The notes under the pieces are model-generated. The model saw only the letters and a list, made by a program, of their open reading frames with translations, made no database searches and was not told the origin of the DNA. From Laetmonice hystrix (taxonomy: Eukaryota): 64,000 nucleotides of DNA. The stretch is taken from positions 14,508,001 through 14,572,000 of the forward strand of contig OZ249439.1 in NCBI GenBank assembly GCA_965235115.1, written 5' to 3'. Within the stretch, counting starts at the first letter, position 1; every line of letters begins with the position of its first letter. A program made the translations under genes and the position numbers. Of this stretch, positions 13,789-29,194 are shown piece after piece.

Positions 13789-15170
13789 GCGCCCACGTGC
13801 ACGTTTTCCGCCGCATTGTTGATTTAATTAACAAGGGTAATTATTCATCTTGAATCTTGACTTAAATAATAAAATCTACTCTAATGTCACGAGTGGCTGG
13901 AAATAGATTAAACCGTCACATCCCCCCATGGCATTATAGCTCGAATAACCCCAGATGTGTCGCAGGTCTGCGGACAGGTGTCCTTCTTACAGTATACATA
14001 CAGGTCAAGGCCACTGACCTGGATCAGGCGATCACATATAAGATACTGTGCGATACATGGAGATCTTTAATCCAATTAGAATGTTACCATACTTGTCTAT
14101 CGAGAGATGCACTCAGCTGGGCCCAGTCAGTATAGTGATATCAAGACAACTCTAATTTAAACTCGGTGCCTGAATCCACGGGCAATGTCTATATACTACT
14201 CGCGGTTAGATTCGCTGGACTTGAAGCGACTGGAGTTTCTATCTGTTCCACTAGACAGCCGAAACCATTATTGGCTGTGTACAGTTGTGCGTGGCTGACA
14301 GTCGCTCAATCCAGAGTAATCTCTCAGTTCGAGATTTAGCAGTCTCTTATCTGGATACTGATTGTATAAAGGACTTCACTGACGTTGTTCATCGGTCGAG
14401 CTGGCCACACTCGGCCAGTCGATGGGAGTAATAAATGAGGCGTCATACTGTGTGTCCGCGCCTCTATTGTCCAACCCTGTGTCTTGTAATTACTGTCAAA
14501 GTTAATCAAAATATTCTTTGGGGCTATGTTGTCGACAGGTATTAATGATCGATGTACTAGAAGGGACACAATTTTTGGTAAGACTGAAGAGGCAAAAAGG
14601 TATGAAAGTATTTTACAAATCTAATTTTATTGTTATGTAAATAATCGTTTTAAATGGCTGCTTAATGAAATACTTAGTTATTCACAAAGCGTAATGCAAA
14701 GGCTTTGGGCCAAGACGTCTGCCTGCTAAAAGTTTGCATTGTTTGGTGACCAGACCTAGCTGATTGATCAGGTATTAGTTGTAGGGCGTCGGTCAGTTGT
14801 CGTGAGGCCAATGATGCAGCCTAGCTATGGAAACACGGGCCTGAGACCAGGGTTTCACATTACTCTTACAGCGCAGTGCAACACTTCCCTGTATTCTCAG
14901 GGCGCATGAGTGAATGACGAGCATCCCCTCGCAATCAAGAGATCTCCAAACAATGGCACCTGATCTTTCTTACCGTTTAACTATTTTGTACCCTGACAGT
15001 AAAGTACATATAGGGCCCTAGAGTTCATTATGGCCCACACAAATCACAAACCGAAGTCTCAAACATACCATACTAATCAATAGGAGAAGCTTTACCCTTA
15101 ACCAGAAGTGAGAGCTGCATTAAAGCTTTGACAAATCTTTTATCCGCGGCCCTCACCGTCCCTCTCACGT

Positions 15171-15483
15171 CATGTCTGGGAAATAGTGGATCTAGTCTAT
15201 ACCCGGACATTCGCTGCCCACCATACATCATGTCTGGGAAATAGTGGATCTAGTCTATACCCGGACATTCGCTGCCCACCATACATCATGTCTAGGAAAT
15301 AGTGGATCTAGTCTATACCCGGACATTCGCTGCCCACCATACATCATGTCTGGGAAATAGTGGATCTAGTCTATACCCGGACATTCGCTGCCCACCATAC
15401 ATCATGTCTGGGAAATAGTGGATCTAGTCTATACCCGGACATTCGCTGTCCCTCATACTGCATGTCTGGGAAATAGTGGATCT
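15171..15483. repeat. Tandem array, 58-bp unit, about 5.4 copies
   Basis: catgtctgggaaatagtgg starts at 15171, 15229, 15287, 15345, 15403, 15461; aagctttgacaaatctt occurs on both sides. Confidence 0.95.
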
Positions 15484-17074
15484 ATTTGATCTATTCAAGC
15501 TTTGACAAATCTTCTGTCGCTGTCCCTCATACTGCTTAACCTTTGTTGACTGAGAAGTGCAAAACTATTTGCAGTGTAAATAGTGTTTTAGAATAAATAT
15601 TAGTGAAGCACAGGGAAGAGCCCACCGGATCCACGACGAATATTTTACACGGGGTATCATGGTTCATGATCCATGTTGTAAACATAGTAGACATGTCAGA
15701 CACATGGAATTATTCCGAAATGGATGCTCGGTGGTACATGTCTGACACGCAGGTTCTCACTCACATGTAAATATAACGTGAGGGATCTGAGTGAGCAATG
15801 TACGTAAACTGACGTATTATTACACTGGTGTCCCGTGGCTAGTGTTTGCTTCCTGTCACTAACCAAATTAATATCTAAAAACGCCATTTGTCCCTATCTA
15901 AGGCGCATTGTATTATTACTAAGTACAACGCAAGGGGCCCTTTGGGACGGAATAAATCTGGTCAGAATTGTTAAAAAAACACAGCGATACAAAGCCATAT
16001 AATACTTGTAAGTGTCGGCTTTTGGACAATAATAGGGATTGATCACCTATGGATGTTTAAGGTCGTGAAAACCTCTAGAGAGATAAATGCACGTCCCGTA
16101 TTAACATAACAGTCACTGAACTCGATGCTAAGGGCAGCATGCAGAAGAGAAACAGCGGTGAAAAATGCTCAACACTTTTAGAAAGAGTGGGAAAGTGGTA
16201 TACTGTGATGTCCACTAGGTGAGAAGCGGTACATTTCCTTGGTTACTGCGACGGTAGAAGTAAAAATAGGTGGTAGCCGTAGATAGAAACGTATATAGTA
16301 GATTCCATGGTAAAGTAGTGGTATAGAGATAAGATAAGAATACGATAACATCTGATGTCGTGAGCCTAATACCCATAGCTTCAGCAAAAGCAAAGATCTA
16401 GTAGCAGAAGTCCCATAGAATAGGCCTATTATAGCAAAGGCAGCACCAGATTCACGCTATTATGCAGATGCCGTAACCCGTCTAAAAGTCATGCTATTCC
16501 TAGAAGAGGGGCTGTTCCGTAAATCTAGCATTGCTGTAGCTTATCGTGCAAATCCTAGTGATTGTAGAGTGAAAAGGTTGCACGGGTTGGAGGTTGTGCG
16601 AGCGAACAGCCGGTTTATTGGTACATGAGCTAATATAGCGCTGTGGTCCTGCAGTACTAAACATCCATAAATCGACGCCCCAAGAGAAATACTAGGGCTT
16701 GGCTGCAGGCAGAGCAGCATTACGATGAGTTATCCGCCAAATGTTTCCGCCTCGTCTTCCTCCGCCCCCTGCACTGTTATATCTACGATCCGACGAATAA
16801 GAACCTTCGTAGTATTTGAGAATATTCGCGACGTATTAAATGGAACACAGTGAAGAGATTTTAAAAAGCACCGCTTTATGGGCACGCTCACAAATCTTAA
16901 CTCGAATGTCCCAATTTTACCTACTGTCCCATTTAACGCGTATGATAACTTCTATTCATTTCTGTCATTACCTCAAGACACTGTGTATAGTTTTATTGGT
17001 CAAATATTTTAATCCTAAACCGTAAAATAAAAAAAAATAATGAAAGGAGCAAAAGTCGGTGTTAAGAAACTCAC

Positions 17075-17298
17075 CTCATGCCGTAAGCAATGTATCCGTC
17101 ACCATGGAGACGAACCATTTTGTTCTTTTCTGTGACGTCATGCAGGAAGGAATGCTTGTCGTTCGCGAAGAATGTATCAGGAACCCAGATCTTCTCGGCG
17201 AAGTCCCCTGTCAAGGTCATGCAGTCGGAGTGGTTGCTGGAGAATGCCAAACGCTCATCCTTCCAGTATTGATTTAAGTAGATGGTTATGGTATAATC
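17075..17298 (-). CDS. Lcch3: Exon: loops D, A and E (DYTITIYLNQYWKDERL...IWVPDTFFANDK...VRLHGDGYIAYGMR)
   Basis: Acceptor tttttttag|GAT (phase 0), donor ATGAG|gtgagt (phase 2); 224 bp. Confidence 0.97.
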
Positions 17299-20200
17299 CT
17301 AAAAAAATAAAAGAAAGGCAAGAAAATAACTCACAATGTAGTGCGGTATTAAGGAGTATCAACCGGCACTGGCTTCAGTGACGCTGCAACCTTTAAGGGG
17401 AAATTTACAATAAAGTCTACTTATTTCATGTTGCTTGTTGATTTACACCGGCCGTTTCCGCACACACACATACTGATAACAATGCATACGATCCATTATT
17501 AATTCGTCAATTTATGGAGATTATTAAAAGCCTGACTAATTAGTGACGGTCATAAATGTCTATCCGAGTGTGATATATATTGAACTGGTGCGTTCCCCAT
17601 AACAATGCATATTTGCCGTTGAATCCCGAGAATTTACCGTTGAATGCTAATCGACTCACTTCAGTCTGTACCGAAGAATACTTTTGGATAAAAAGATTAA
17701 TAGATAAACGTTACGGTTGGACACGAGTGCCATCCGATTAGTCCCACTTACTACACATATTTTAATTCTGTTCAGCTAGATTTGATTTATCCCACGGTTA
17801 TTGAGCCGGTCATCGCTATATCAATGAACAGGAATCTGTAGGGGTGTGGTTGAAGTGCATAGCTCAAATACAGTTCCATAGACCTTCAGGCATTTATTAT
17901 GGCAATATTGCAATATGCATGTAATTTTTCCAAAGAAACGTCAGAACACTGGCCATAAACCACAACAGCTGAACAGTTCCTTTCCTTATTCGGCTCTGCA
18001 AAGGACTACATTTCAGGATGCAGTGATGTTAATCAACTCCCATTTTTAGACGGCCTAAGCCGAATGGCAATGTGTCCTGGTAATAGAGCAACCAGAAGCC
18101 CAAGGCAACGACGATGCGGAATTCAATAGTGCTGGCTTGTGAGCACCCTGTTTGGACAATTCTACCATAATGTGCATTTCGTAGGAAATTCATGAAGACA
18201 TTTATGCTTTAAGCAGCGTAAATATGTTTGAATAGCCAGACCGCCATGTTCTTCGCTACGGGATTTCGCCAGACACCCGCGTTTAACTCGTCGATTTAAA
18301 TAGATAAACAGATTTGCGCTGCGACAATTGGCATGCTTTTATAATGGCTTCCTGTCATGCATTAGTTCACAACTATTCCTTCGGATGCGATGCTCAGTTT
18401 AAAACTGTCCCGGTTCCAGGCTGTTCCCACTGGCCCCTCTTGAAGACAACCTTTCGATTTCCTGCGCCTCTGCTACTTTCTTCTAGCTTCAAAATTTGCT
18501 CCATTTATATCCTCTTCCCAGTCCAACTCGTGTACTTCACCTCTCCATGAAGTTCATTCAGTGCCAGAGTCAGGGAAACGGAGGGGCCTGTAGCTTCACT
18601 CAAATCAGGATTATGTTATACACAGAAGGGTAGCCACCGACTTCAGGTCCTAGGCTTTGCCTTATCTTATGGTTGGTCCTCTCTTAGCCCCTCCCATAAC
18701 TATTTGAGCACCATGACCGGACCGTTGGCATCAACTCCAACCACCAGCCATGACCGGATATACCCGGGTCAGGGACTTCAGTTTGTAATGTGTTGCCATC
18801 TAGCGTTTGTAGGCAGCATTATAGAAGACAGTTATACTTAAAGAAAGTTATAGCCGAAAACCATGATTTACAAGGAAAACACAAATAATGATATACATGT
18901 ACACGACAGGTGTCGATTTCTGCGCTCTTTAGAGTTTATTAGGGTTTGTTCACTTCATTTTAATATAATCAAGGATTATAGGATCCTTGATATAATTAAA
19001 GGGAAATCCATGGCTTTACCACTGTTAAATTTTTCAGCCCATTCTTTTCGTTATCGGGAGCAAAGTTCTCTTTGTTCGGTGAAAACAATTGTACAAAAAG
19101 TGGGTAGTTTTCAGTGGGGCTAAGAATGGTGATTTGGGGGGAAATCGACCGAGTGATATATAACTCGTGCCACTATGGCCCGGCGCTGATCGGTGTACGC
19201 TATTGATCAGTCCCTATTCCAGAGCTTTGTAGATGATACCGTATGCGACAACTCGCAATAATTTCCATAGCTGTCATGTACTTGGGGCTTATAGTTCACT
19301 GCATTTGTCAGAACTATTTACGATAGGGTTGGCACACATTGTGAAACTACGACAAACAAACTAAAGCCGGTGGAATCAATCTATACCTTAATCAATATAT
19401 CCACGTCTGTTATCCATAACACTCTCAATGACGTGATTTTACGACCACGTGCGGGTTATTCTTGTATCTCGGTTATATCAACACGGTTTCAGACTTTGTA
19501 AAACGCTTCACTAAGCCAAACAATGTCAACAAAACCATGGAAACCACGGCTGGATATAATTATCTCTCTTAACGACGTGATGTTGCACTAAAGTGTCGCC
19601 AAACGCCATAGAGGTATCTTTCCGAATTTTGGCAGATATCTTTCACTTAGTAAAACAACCCACAGTTATTTTGAAATATAAATCAAGTACGCGCATAGAA
19701 TAATACTAGCTGGTACATAACACAGGCTCTCTGTGGAGAATTCTGTGTCGTAAATCTGTGTTGTTGAATCTTTACCTGGGAATCGAAGAGTTTCACTGAG
19801 GGTTGGGAACCTGGGATGGCAATTCACAGATAAAGCATGGAATTCCTGCAGGATTGCAAACATCCACATCCATTTATCCACGACACTGATTAACCCGATC
19901 AAGTATCAGTTTAATTACCCGCCGGACTCTGCTCAAAGATCTTTGCGGATGCTGCTCTCAGGGAGCGCATCATTTTGTTGACACAATCCCGAATTGCAAG
20001 ACCTTTAATTACAACCGAGATTTGCCTTGCACTCTGCCAACCGGACTCTTCGCTGATGATTTGAGCAATCTGATTCGGATATTGTTGCATCAACAGCAAC
20101 GTATTGTTTCAACTGTTCCATGCCTTCCAGGACCTTGGTGTGATTAATAAAATCACCAATGGATCAAATGAGTCATCTTCCCATTAAAAAATCCAATCGC

Positions 20201-23200
20201 ACCGGATGTGAAAGGAATTTGTCAGACAAAGTGAGAACGTTTTGAAAACTGCCTCCAGGTGGCGGTGGTGAATTAACCGCTAGAGTACCCGAGTGGAGGT
20301 ACAGCGTTGACAATGAACTGTGGCACTTTGAGAGCTCACAGCCACTGTATTTATCCCTCCAAGGGGTCTCCGAGTGAGAGCCAGTATTATGGGTACCAGG
20401 TAGGTTTTTAAAAGCATTTTCACCGAACTAGAAACTCGATACATTTCCCGTGCGGATTTAAATGTAATTTAAAAAGGATTCTATCATACCGATAAAATTC
20501 CCACGGGGTGAAGATATAACAGTTCTAGACAGGAAAGCATGAAAACATCTTAAATCCGGCATCCACAGAGCCGAATTACACCCGATTTGGGAGCAGGTCG
20601 ATTTCAAACGACCACGGATGAATTCAGCCCAAAAATTGCGTCTGTGGATCCGACAGTTTGTTCTAGAATGGCTGGTATGACCTTCGGTTCTTCACAGGAC
20701 CCCATCCGACAACATTAAACCATATTAATATTGTTAATTGAAGATAGGTTGATCATACGAGATTTTGTTGTTACCCGACTCTAACATAGAGGTCGCTCGA
20801 GTACATGTTAGGTTACATTCGGGACTCCCTCGGGCATATGACGTCACTTCCTGCTATTCGAATATACCCTCGGGTGGAATAGCGGCCATGTTTGGCAACC
20901 AGATACACCGCCAAATGGAGGTGTGTAGCGAGGCACTGAGTGAACCGTCATATTCCATCGAGCCAGGAAGTAGTGCATTATTGACACCCGCTCCTTCGGC
21001 GTTGTATGTGCAAATATAAATTTCTGGTATGAAGGGGAACGTTTGAAGAAGAAAAATGAATCACCCAATTTACCTAAATGGGCGTCAATACGGTAATTTA
21101 TTAAATTCTGGGAAGCAATATGGCCGCGCCCATGTACGACACACGGACGACACTGGCCCGACACATGGTAGGACTACTTGTAATCATGTTGTAATTTAAG
21201 TTGTATCATGACATGATACTATTGTAATATTGCCCACTGACTTCGGGGAAAGCATTGTAGGCCTATTTTAGTTGCTTCCATGCCTGATGCAGACAAAATA
21301 CTGCAAGCACTGCCATGCTGTCGAGAGTCCCGGCTAAATGTACCCGAGATGCAATGCTCAAAATGGCACCTGTTTCACCCGAGGCTACTTTCGAAGATAT
21401 GGCCGAGGATTCCCGAATGGTTAGGTTACTGCTCATTCTCCCAAAGGATTCTTTGTTAGTCATGTGACATAGGCACCGATTACCCCCTCTATTGACTTAA
21501 AACTGAACTCTTATCAAACACACTATTTAGCGTTTCACCTGGACGATGTACCTCGAGTCTAATTGTCTCGAGTGATCCCATGTCTACTATACGATATAAT
21601 GCATGCTCTATTTCTTATTGTATATAAGGCCATCATCATTGAAATATTGATGACTGTCACGGAGTTGTACGGAGGAGAGCTTATAAATATAGGCCAGCTT
21701 ACCTGGCAGGGGATTTTCGAGTTGGACACAGTCAATAAAAATAAACAGAGGTTCCCCCCCCCTCCACAAGTATGCTACCAATGGGGCTCAATTAAACGTT
21801 AAAATGACGCTGAAGGGGTTGGCAAGGCTCCTGGACACCCTCTTAGATCCACGGATGGAGCTTCCATTTTCCCACGAAATAGCATATGTTCGAACTTCTC
21901 ATGTTTCCCGCCTTTCCAACACCTGTCTAAACCATCGATTTTAGTGTGATTTAAAATAGGTGTAGCCGTGTTCCAAGCAAACAATGATGCTAATTTAACT
22001 AGAAGTAAACTATTGCATCTCTGAGCGGAATTCTAGGTGTAAGACCTGCACTGTATGCATAATTTCGGTGTGATTTCGATCTAGGGCACAATTAACTACC
22101 TTTTCCTGTGGCATAATGGCAAGCAACGGCATTTGGCTGGTCAAAAAACCACAGCTCCGTGCTGGCATGTGAATATAAATCTCCAGAAAGTGAAGTCAGT
22201 GTGTACTGAGATGATGAAGGCAACTGGTGGAGAACCCCGGCAGCCAGCAGATTCTTGGTGACTAAGATAAGTCCCTGCGCCATGTAATGACTCGTTTACG
22301 GGCTCCCTCATCCATTCGTCATATTCTTACACAGGCAGAATGTGAGAATCTCTCTCTCAAGTCGAATTATCATTGGCTTGTAGGTGTCTGGCGTATGACT
22401 TTGACCAATGATGACAAGGAAGGTAATGCTCATTAGATGCCAGCCTCCCTTATTAGTCAGGGATACTGATTAGTGCCTCTTTTACCCTCCAGGAGCTGCA
22501 TAGTGGTTGCACAGGGAGGTAGGAGACGGGACAATGAACCCGTGATATAATGTAATATAATAACGGTTCGACCGCCTGCCGTCAGGCGCCAAGACGGCTG
22601 TCCTGGGGACAGACATGTCCTCAGCTTACCGCTGAAAACCTGCCATGAATGCCACTTGAATTTGAAAGCAGTAGTGCATTTACACCCGTATAGACCACAT
22701 CGTTCCTTGGGGCCGAATCCGGCACCGAAGGCTTGCCGGCAAAAGGCTGTCAATGGGGCAGATCGGGCTGTTTTAGTGTCACGTCCAACACAGGAACCCG
22801 CCATCGACCTAGTAATTTGAAAAGCAGGCGCGAACGAAGCTTACTCAGCAAAACGCATTCTATGCAATAACTCCACGCGTCTAAATTAGATATAAACTTC
22901 TGCCGTGGAGGCACCTTGATGAGATAATCCTATAGTAGCACCGAGCATAATATACCCCGAGGATCTATGGTCCGTGCCATGTAGCCCACAATAACGTACC
23001 GAGAGTGTGACCACCACCACATCATTATCATCGAGTAGATTAGGAAAACTTCAAGGATATACTGATTGGGAAAGCAGGGCGTTTATAAACCTTGAATTGT
23101 GGATTCATTTGGCATGCAGACCAGCCTTGCCCGGCAGACATATGTGGGGGCTTCCTTTGAAACGGATGCTCACCATGCCAGGGGGGGGGGGGGGTTCTCC

Positions 23201-26200
23201 ACCCCCGGTAGGACCTCCTTGTTTAGACGGGTCGGGACACACATGTACAAGATTCAACGAGAACTTTTTCGCTGACGTCAGCTGTGTACAGCTTCATGGT
23301 GGTTGAGTCGACACTGATGTTTTATGAAATTTATTGGGGTAGAATTGTGTTCTGTCTCGCCCACAGTAACGCCCTTTGTTATAATAAGTCGAGCCAGTAA
23401 TGCACCTTCAGCTGACCTGCTTTTCACATCCTTCGGTCCTTGTTCCTATCCAATCGACTAAACCATCTGCCTTTATAGTCAGTAGGTAAACAGATTCGTA
23501 AGCGAAAAGAAACGGGCAAAATGGAAGACAACAACTCTGTTTATCACTTTTTCCGATGGCATCTGGTTAGCCCGGTTAGTCGTGCAGAATTCACCCGCAA
23601 ATCATTGCACCTTATGAAATATTACAAAGCAGATGGTGAAATATTTGCTGGACAGGCCTGTTGGTTTACTGTGAGAGTTAATTTGAAACCATCCTTTGAA
23701 AGCGTGCCTAGGATGAGATGAACCAGGGAGCTGCGTCTGTGTGTTTAACTAACGCGGGAACGTGTGTAAGTGTCGACCATTCTATTTCCATAAGCCATCA
23801 ACTAAGTGAACGCTATCTGCAACAATAAAAGCACATCAGCGTCGGCAGTGTTGCTATGGATCTGGCGTCTCCTGCTGACTGATGTGTGCCGAATCTCGGA
23901 CAGCTACCAGAATGCCCGTTTGCCGGTCGTGGGGATCGGGGGACGCGGCTAATGCATTGAAATGTCTGGGAATCCCCGCCAGTTCTACCAAGCATTCGGG
24001 TAGCTGATATAATTACGCTATTTGGGTAACTGATGTGAATATCTCGAATGCCAAGGGTGCCGGATTTGCTGAGAACTTCCTGACATTTTGTACACAATTT
24101 GCACATGTACGAATTGTTTTCTCCCTTGCCAATGCCATCTCAGACCAAGCACGTCTGGTAAACCATCCCCTTATTCTCATCGCCACAGGATTAGTGATCA
24201 TAAAGAAAACGTGAAACGTGAAGTTGTGAAGAATGAAGTCCTATACTTGCAGAAATGTACCCATTGTATCTGTCTCTACGTATATGGGTAGCATTAATTA
24301 TATTTCTCAGTGCAGTAGTCGTATAACATGTCGAAATCACAATGTTGTATAGATTCCCATATCGTGATAGCGAGGAGGCATCCCATACGACACTGCCTGT
24401 TCCTGTATAGTACTCTAAGAGAAGTAATTATAACGCAGAGATTGTCTCCTTTATATTCTACAAGTGATTGACAAACAATAAAAAAGGATCAAAAGTGATG
24501 CTGTGAAATGTAAATCAGTGAATGTGCCTCGTCAATTAAGATAAAGTTTTGTAAAGAACCAGAGAACGTCGAGCATCGTGCCCTTCATAGAGTTTAGATA
24601 AACACACATGGAGGCACATTTGCTAAAAGGCGATGTTGTAAAACAATGACGTAAAATAATAAAACGTAATGTAAAACGTTCGTGTAAGAAACGCTAGTCC
24701 TCGTTTCCTTTAGTGTATAAACAAAGGCTTCCAGTTTTAGTCATAAAAAAGGTTAAGGAACCGTTCAGAATTTACTTAACATGAGAGATTCCGGGGCTAC
24801 AATTATGTCGCACCGTTATGACCGCGCCGGGGGAGGGGGTACGGGCTTCTCGCTGTGACGCCCCTTTAGGTAACGTCATAGACCATTTTTGCCGCACCCG
24901 ACGTTGGAATAGATAGGGTTTATTTTGTAAAACAATGGAGGTACTGTTACCGGAATTGTGTGGGAGGCTGGCGAATAGTATACAGGCCGACGTCCATCCA
25001 AGGGGGTTGAGCGGGTAGGGGCAACCCTTGGCTGGCCGACACTGAAGGGGCACTGCCATTCTCGTGACCACTCTCAAGACATAATGCCGCCAGTCCTCAC
25101 CCATGCTATGTTTCTTTTTTTTAAAGAACTGGATCGTTTGCTACCGCGTCGGTACATTTCTCCGAACTGGAGCGGTAGACGAGGCAAATGTCAATACCGT
25201 CTCAACTTTATCAAAGCACGCTATTTATAGTATTGATTCTCTTCAGCCGACGCCGGCTCCTCAAATGATCTGGCCAAACGCCTGTTACTCATGTCCACTC
25301 CCGATTTGTATCTCAACATCGCTGGTTAATGTCCACAAACGAGATATTAATCTGCACAGATCTGCGAAGTGCTTTTAGAATCCTGAAGATGTTCTAAGCA
25401 TTTTAAGCTAGTTTTTAAATAAAAAGAAACGCTCATCACTGTTGTATGAAGTATACATTTTGGTATTGCTTTTATCGATTTGATGATTAAAAAGTTAAAA
25501 TGAATTTAATGAGGAATGACACCTTTCGCCTTTAACATTCTAAATGCACATTGCAATTCTGCCTATTAATGTCGCAGAAAAACAATACGACTAAAGAACA
25601 TAACTAGCCTTCCGATTTTGGCTTTATCTGTTTGATAAGAATGGTCAAACGGTTATTGTTTGGCCTCAAAGGATGTTAACATCCGTTTTACGTCCTGCAG
25701 TTATGACCAGACAATAATGGGATCAGACGACCTATTACAGCGCAGCGGTAGCTATGACTTTTTGATTGCAGACATGCAGTAAAATGTCCCCTAATTACTG
25801 TTAGGCTGCAATTACATGCACACATAATAAAATAAAAGTCTGCCGATATTAAATACGAAAATTGTGAGGAGGCTAGCCTGAATTGTTACAGTCACAGTTC
25901 TCAAAACTTCTGGATGGACCTCCCCCCTTCCCCAATAATAAATCATGCCAACCGTTCTACATGCCACCCCCCCCCCCCCCCCGGTTAAGAATGGTCCATC
26001 ACATTATATATGCTTTGCAAACCTGATTCACACTAGTTGCCTTCAAATTCAGAAAGCAATCTTAAACGTGTGCAGGCCCACACAACTACTCTATTCCTGC
26101 CCTTATATTTATAGTTACCCCTTCACGGCAAGTGACAAATGCTTCTAGTCGACTTGTCTAGGGTGGTAATTTAACCCGAGCCACGTGTGCTAGCCACATG

Positions 26201-26689
26201 TATGTATTTATGGAAACCACTGGCTGGAATGGTTGTCCGAAAACTACAAAATACAGCCAGGGAACCCTCCCTTCGACCCGCCTTTATCAATTCTTGATGT
26301 GCTAGCCGTCCGTCTTCGATAGATGTAGGCATGCAAACTGGCAGAGGTTGTCCCATTAAGAGGGCCTATTAGTCGGCAGACATGGACGTTACTGCAGACA
26401 AAAAACTGCGATGGCCATGTCATTATTGAACCACTGGAATGATTACAAAATGTATAAAATTAAAGTTGTTGGTTGGTTAAAACGGTATAGTTTCTGTGGG
26501 ATGCAAAAGGTTAAGTGCCCATCTCATACGGACTGCAATGTGCAGTTTATAGAGCTGTCTTATCAAATATGTACTTGGTGATGTGTAGGCCTATAAAATA
26601 GAGGTATTATTATAACTAGGGAGAGGCCAACCGTTCTACATGCCACAACTAGATTATCTAGCCCTCTTCGTTGCTCTCATGACAGGTGA

Positions 26690-28619
26690 GCAATTTCAGA
26701 AGCTAAATACTTGAAGTTTACGCGAATAAGGAACAATTAAGGTCAAACCAGTATCACGCCGTGCCCCAAAACAGTTGGAAAAAACAGTGTGTGTCGACCT
26801 ACGATCCAACCCCAAACAATTTTGGAATGACGTGAATTCACGGTCTAAGACCAACGAGTGCATATCTGATCTCTACTATTGCCACACGAACCATATGGGA
26901 AAGATGGCCACAGAGGACCACGAGAAAGCTGAGGTTTTAGGAGAATTTTTTGCCAGTACATTTACAACGGAACCCCAAGATGTTTTGCCAACCGTACATA
27001 CTCCAGAAGCCAGAGGTATAACCGAGTATTCAACGAACGTCTTCATCACAAGGGAGATAGTGAGGAAAAAACTATCCAAGATTTCTCCGGGTAAAGCTCC
27101 AGGACCTGACGGCATTCACTTTAGGATGTTATTGGAATTAGCTGATGAACTATGTACACCACTCTACGATTTTCAAGTCTATTTTAAAGAATTCCACATT
27201 GCCCATTATTTGGAAATCAGCTAAAGTCACAGCCATTTACAAGAAAGGCGACAAGAGCGTACCAGGCAACTATATCCCAGTCAGCTTAACTTGCATTGCT
27301 GGTAAAATCCTTGAATTCATCATAAGGGACATCATTATTAACCACATGGGGAAATTCAAACTTTTTTCACCGAACCAATATGGCTTTATCAACGGTCGAT
27401 CAACGGTGCTGCAACTTCTCCATGTTCTCGAGATTTGGCATGAGGTCTTAGATTCTGGAGGAAGCCTATGCACAGTTTACAGGGATTTTATGAAGGCGTT
27501 TGACAAAGTGCCACATAGGAGGTAACTACACAAAATACAGAGTTACGAATTTGATGGGCAACTTCTAGATTGGATCAGGAGTTTTTTAACATGCAGACAG
27601 CAGCAGGTTATGGTCAATGGATCTGTCTCAAGGTGGAATCCTGCGATTGGTGGTATTCCACAAGGATCAGTCCTAGGGCCCGTTCTCTTTGTAATCTTTA
27701 TCAACGACCTACCGGAAAATATTACATCGTTTACGTATCTCTTTGCTGACGACATCAAGTGCTTCAGGGAAATAAAGGATGGGAGGGATTTGGATATCTT
27801 CCAAGACGACATCAATAAATTACATAGCTGGTTATGTGATTTGCTTCTCCCGTTCCATCCTGAAAAATGCAAAGTTATGAAGATTGGAAATACCGAAAGG
27901 GAATATGATTATTTGCCTGGTTCGGGAACACCTCTTATTACGGTAGAAGACGAAAAAGACCTGGGTGTTATAATAGATCGTGCACTGCATTTCAGGAAAG
28001 ACATTACTAACCGTGTTAACAATGCCAACAGGATTATGGGAGCCATCAGAAGATCTTTTTTACACTTGGACAATGACATTTTTAAAACACTTTTTAAAAC
28101 TATGGTTAGACAACATCTTGAATACGCAGCCTCTATCTGGAATCCCGGTTGTAAGAAGGATGTAACCTTGCTGGAGAGACTGCAGAGATGTGCCACAAAA
28201 CTGCTACCTGGGTTCAAAGATATTAGTTACGAAGAACGACTAATTGAAGTTTTTAAGTTGTTTAATTGTTATGATTGTGAACCTGATCGGATCCTGAGTC
28301 TTGCATCGGAAACTTCAACAACGAGAGGGCACGACTATAAACTGTACAAAAAATTCAGCAGAACTGGCAAGAGGCTCAATAGTTTTTCAAGGAGAGTAGT
28401 GTCTACCTAGAACGCCTTGCCAGCTGCCGCTGGAACTGCCCCAAATCTAATCATTTTTAAGAACAGACTTGATCGCCACCTTAAATCCCATGCTGCTAAA
28501 TTTAACTGGGAAGCGGTTCTGGTCAATGGTCATGCGCAATCCTTAGTTAATGAAGCGGTCACCAGGATCTGGGTATAGAGGTAGAATGCCTGCACACAGT
28601 AACATCCTAAGCTATCCTA
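26690..28619 (+). mobile_element. 5'-truncated, decayed CR1/L2-type non-LTR retrotransposon (RT pseudogene plus 3' end)
   Basis: Motifs KAPGPDGI, NYIPVSLTCI, NQYGFINGRST, DFMKAFDKVPH, GIPQGSVLGPVLF, LFADDI, EKDLGV, LEYAASIWNP. Frameshift near 27165 and stops at about 27525 and 28410. Ends in a short repeated tail (atcctaagctatcctaa). Confidence 0.92.
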
Positions 28620-28850
28620 ACGTATGGCATTACCGCAATATGTTGACTGTTGGTCCGAATAGACAGTGTCATTAGACACAGGCATCCCCCTAAAAAAATG
28701 ATTGACGCCACATCTAAAGATAGCCCATGCAGCTCAATGTAACGTTTTCTCTCTGCTCTCTGCTCGTTCATCCAACTTCCTCAGAGCCGACAATCCATTT
28801 AATGGAAGCCAGCCCTGCACCCTCGTCGACTCTGTCTGTTACAACTCAGT

Positions 28851-29190
28851 GCGTCAAGATGCGGGTTACGGGTGGAACCGTTTCAAGGACATCACTCACT
28901 GCGTCAAGATGCGGGTTACGGGTGAAACCGTTTCAAGGACACCATTCACTGCGTCAAGATGCGGGTTACGGGTGGAACCGTTTCAAGGACATCACTCACT
29001 GGTCAAGATACGGGTTACGGGTGGAACCGTTTCAAGGACACCACTCACTGCCTGAAGGTGCGGGTTACGGGTGGAACCGTTTCAAGGACATCACTCACTG
29101 GTCAAGATACGGGTTACGGGTGGAACCGTTTCAAGGACATCACTCACTGCGTCAAGATGCGGGTTACGGGTGGGACCGTTTCAAGGACAC
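28851..29190. repeat. Tandem array, 49-50-bp unit, about 7 copies
   Basis: Unit gcgtcaagatgcgggttacgggtggaaccgtttcaaggacatcactcact. Confidence 0.95.
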
Positions 29191-29194
29191 TTTA

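Noticed and set aside
10266-13834. Dozens of overlapping short ORFs; CRISPR-like appearance
   Set aside because: Head-to-tail 67/70-bp satellite with no unique spacers and no cas genes, in a eukaryotic intron.
22560-22800. DMSSAYR resembling a DIRS RT motif
   Set aside because: Downstream motifs do not match convincingly and there are several stops.
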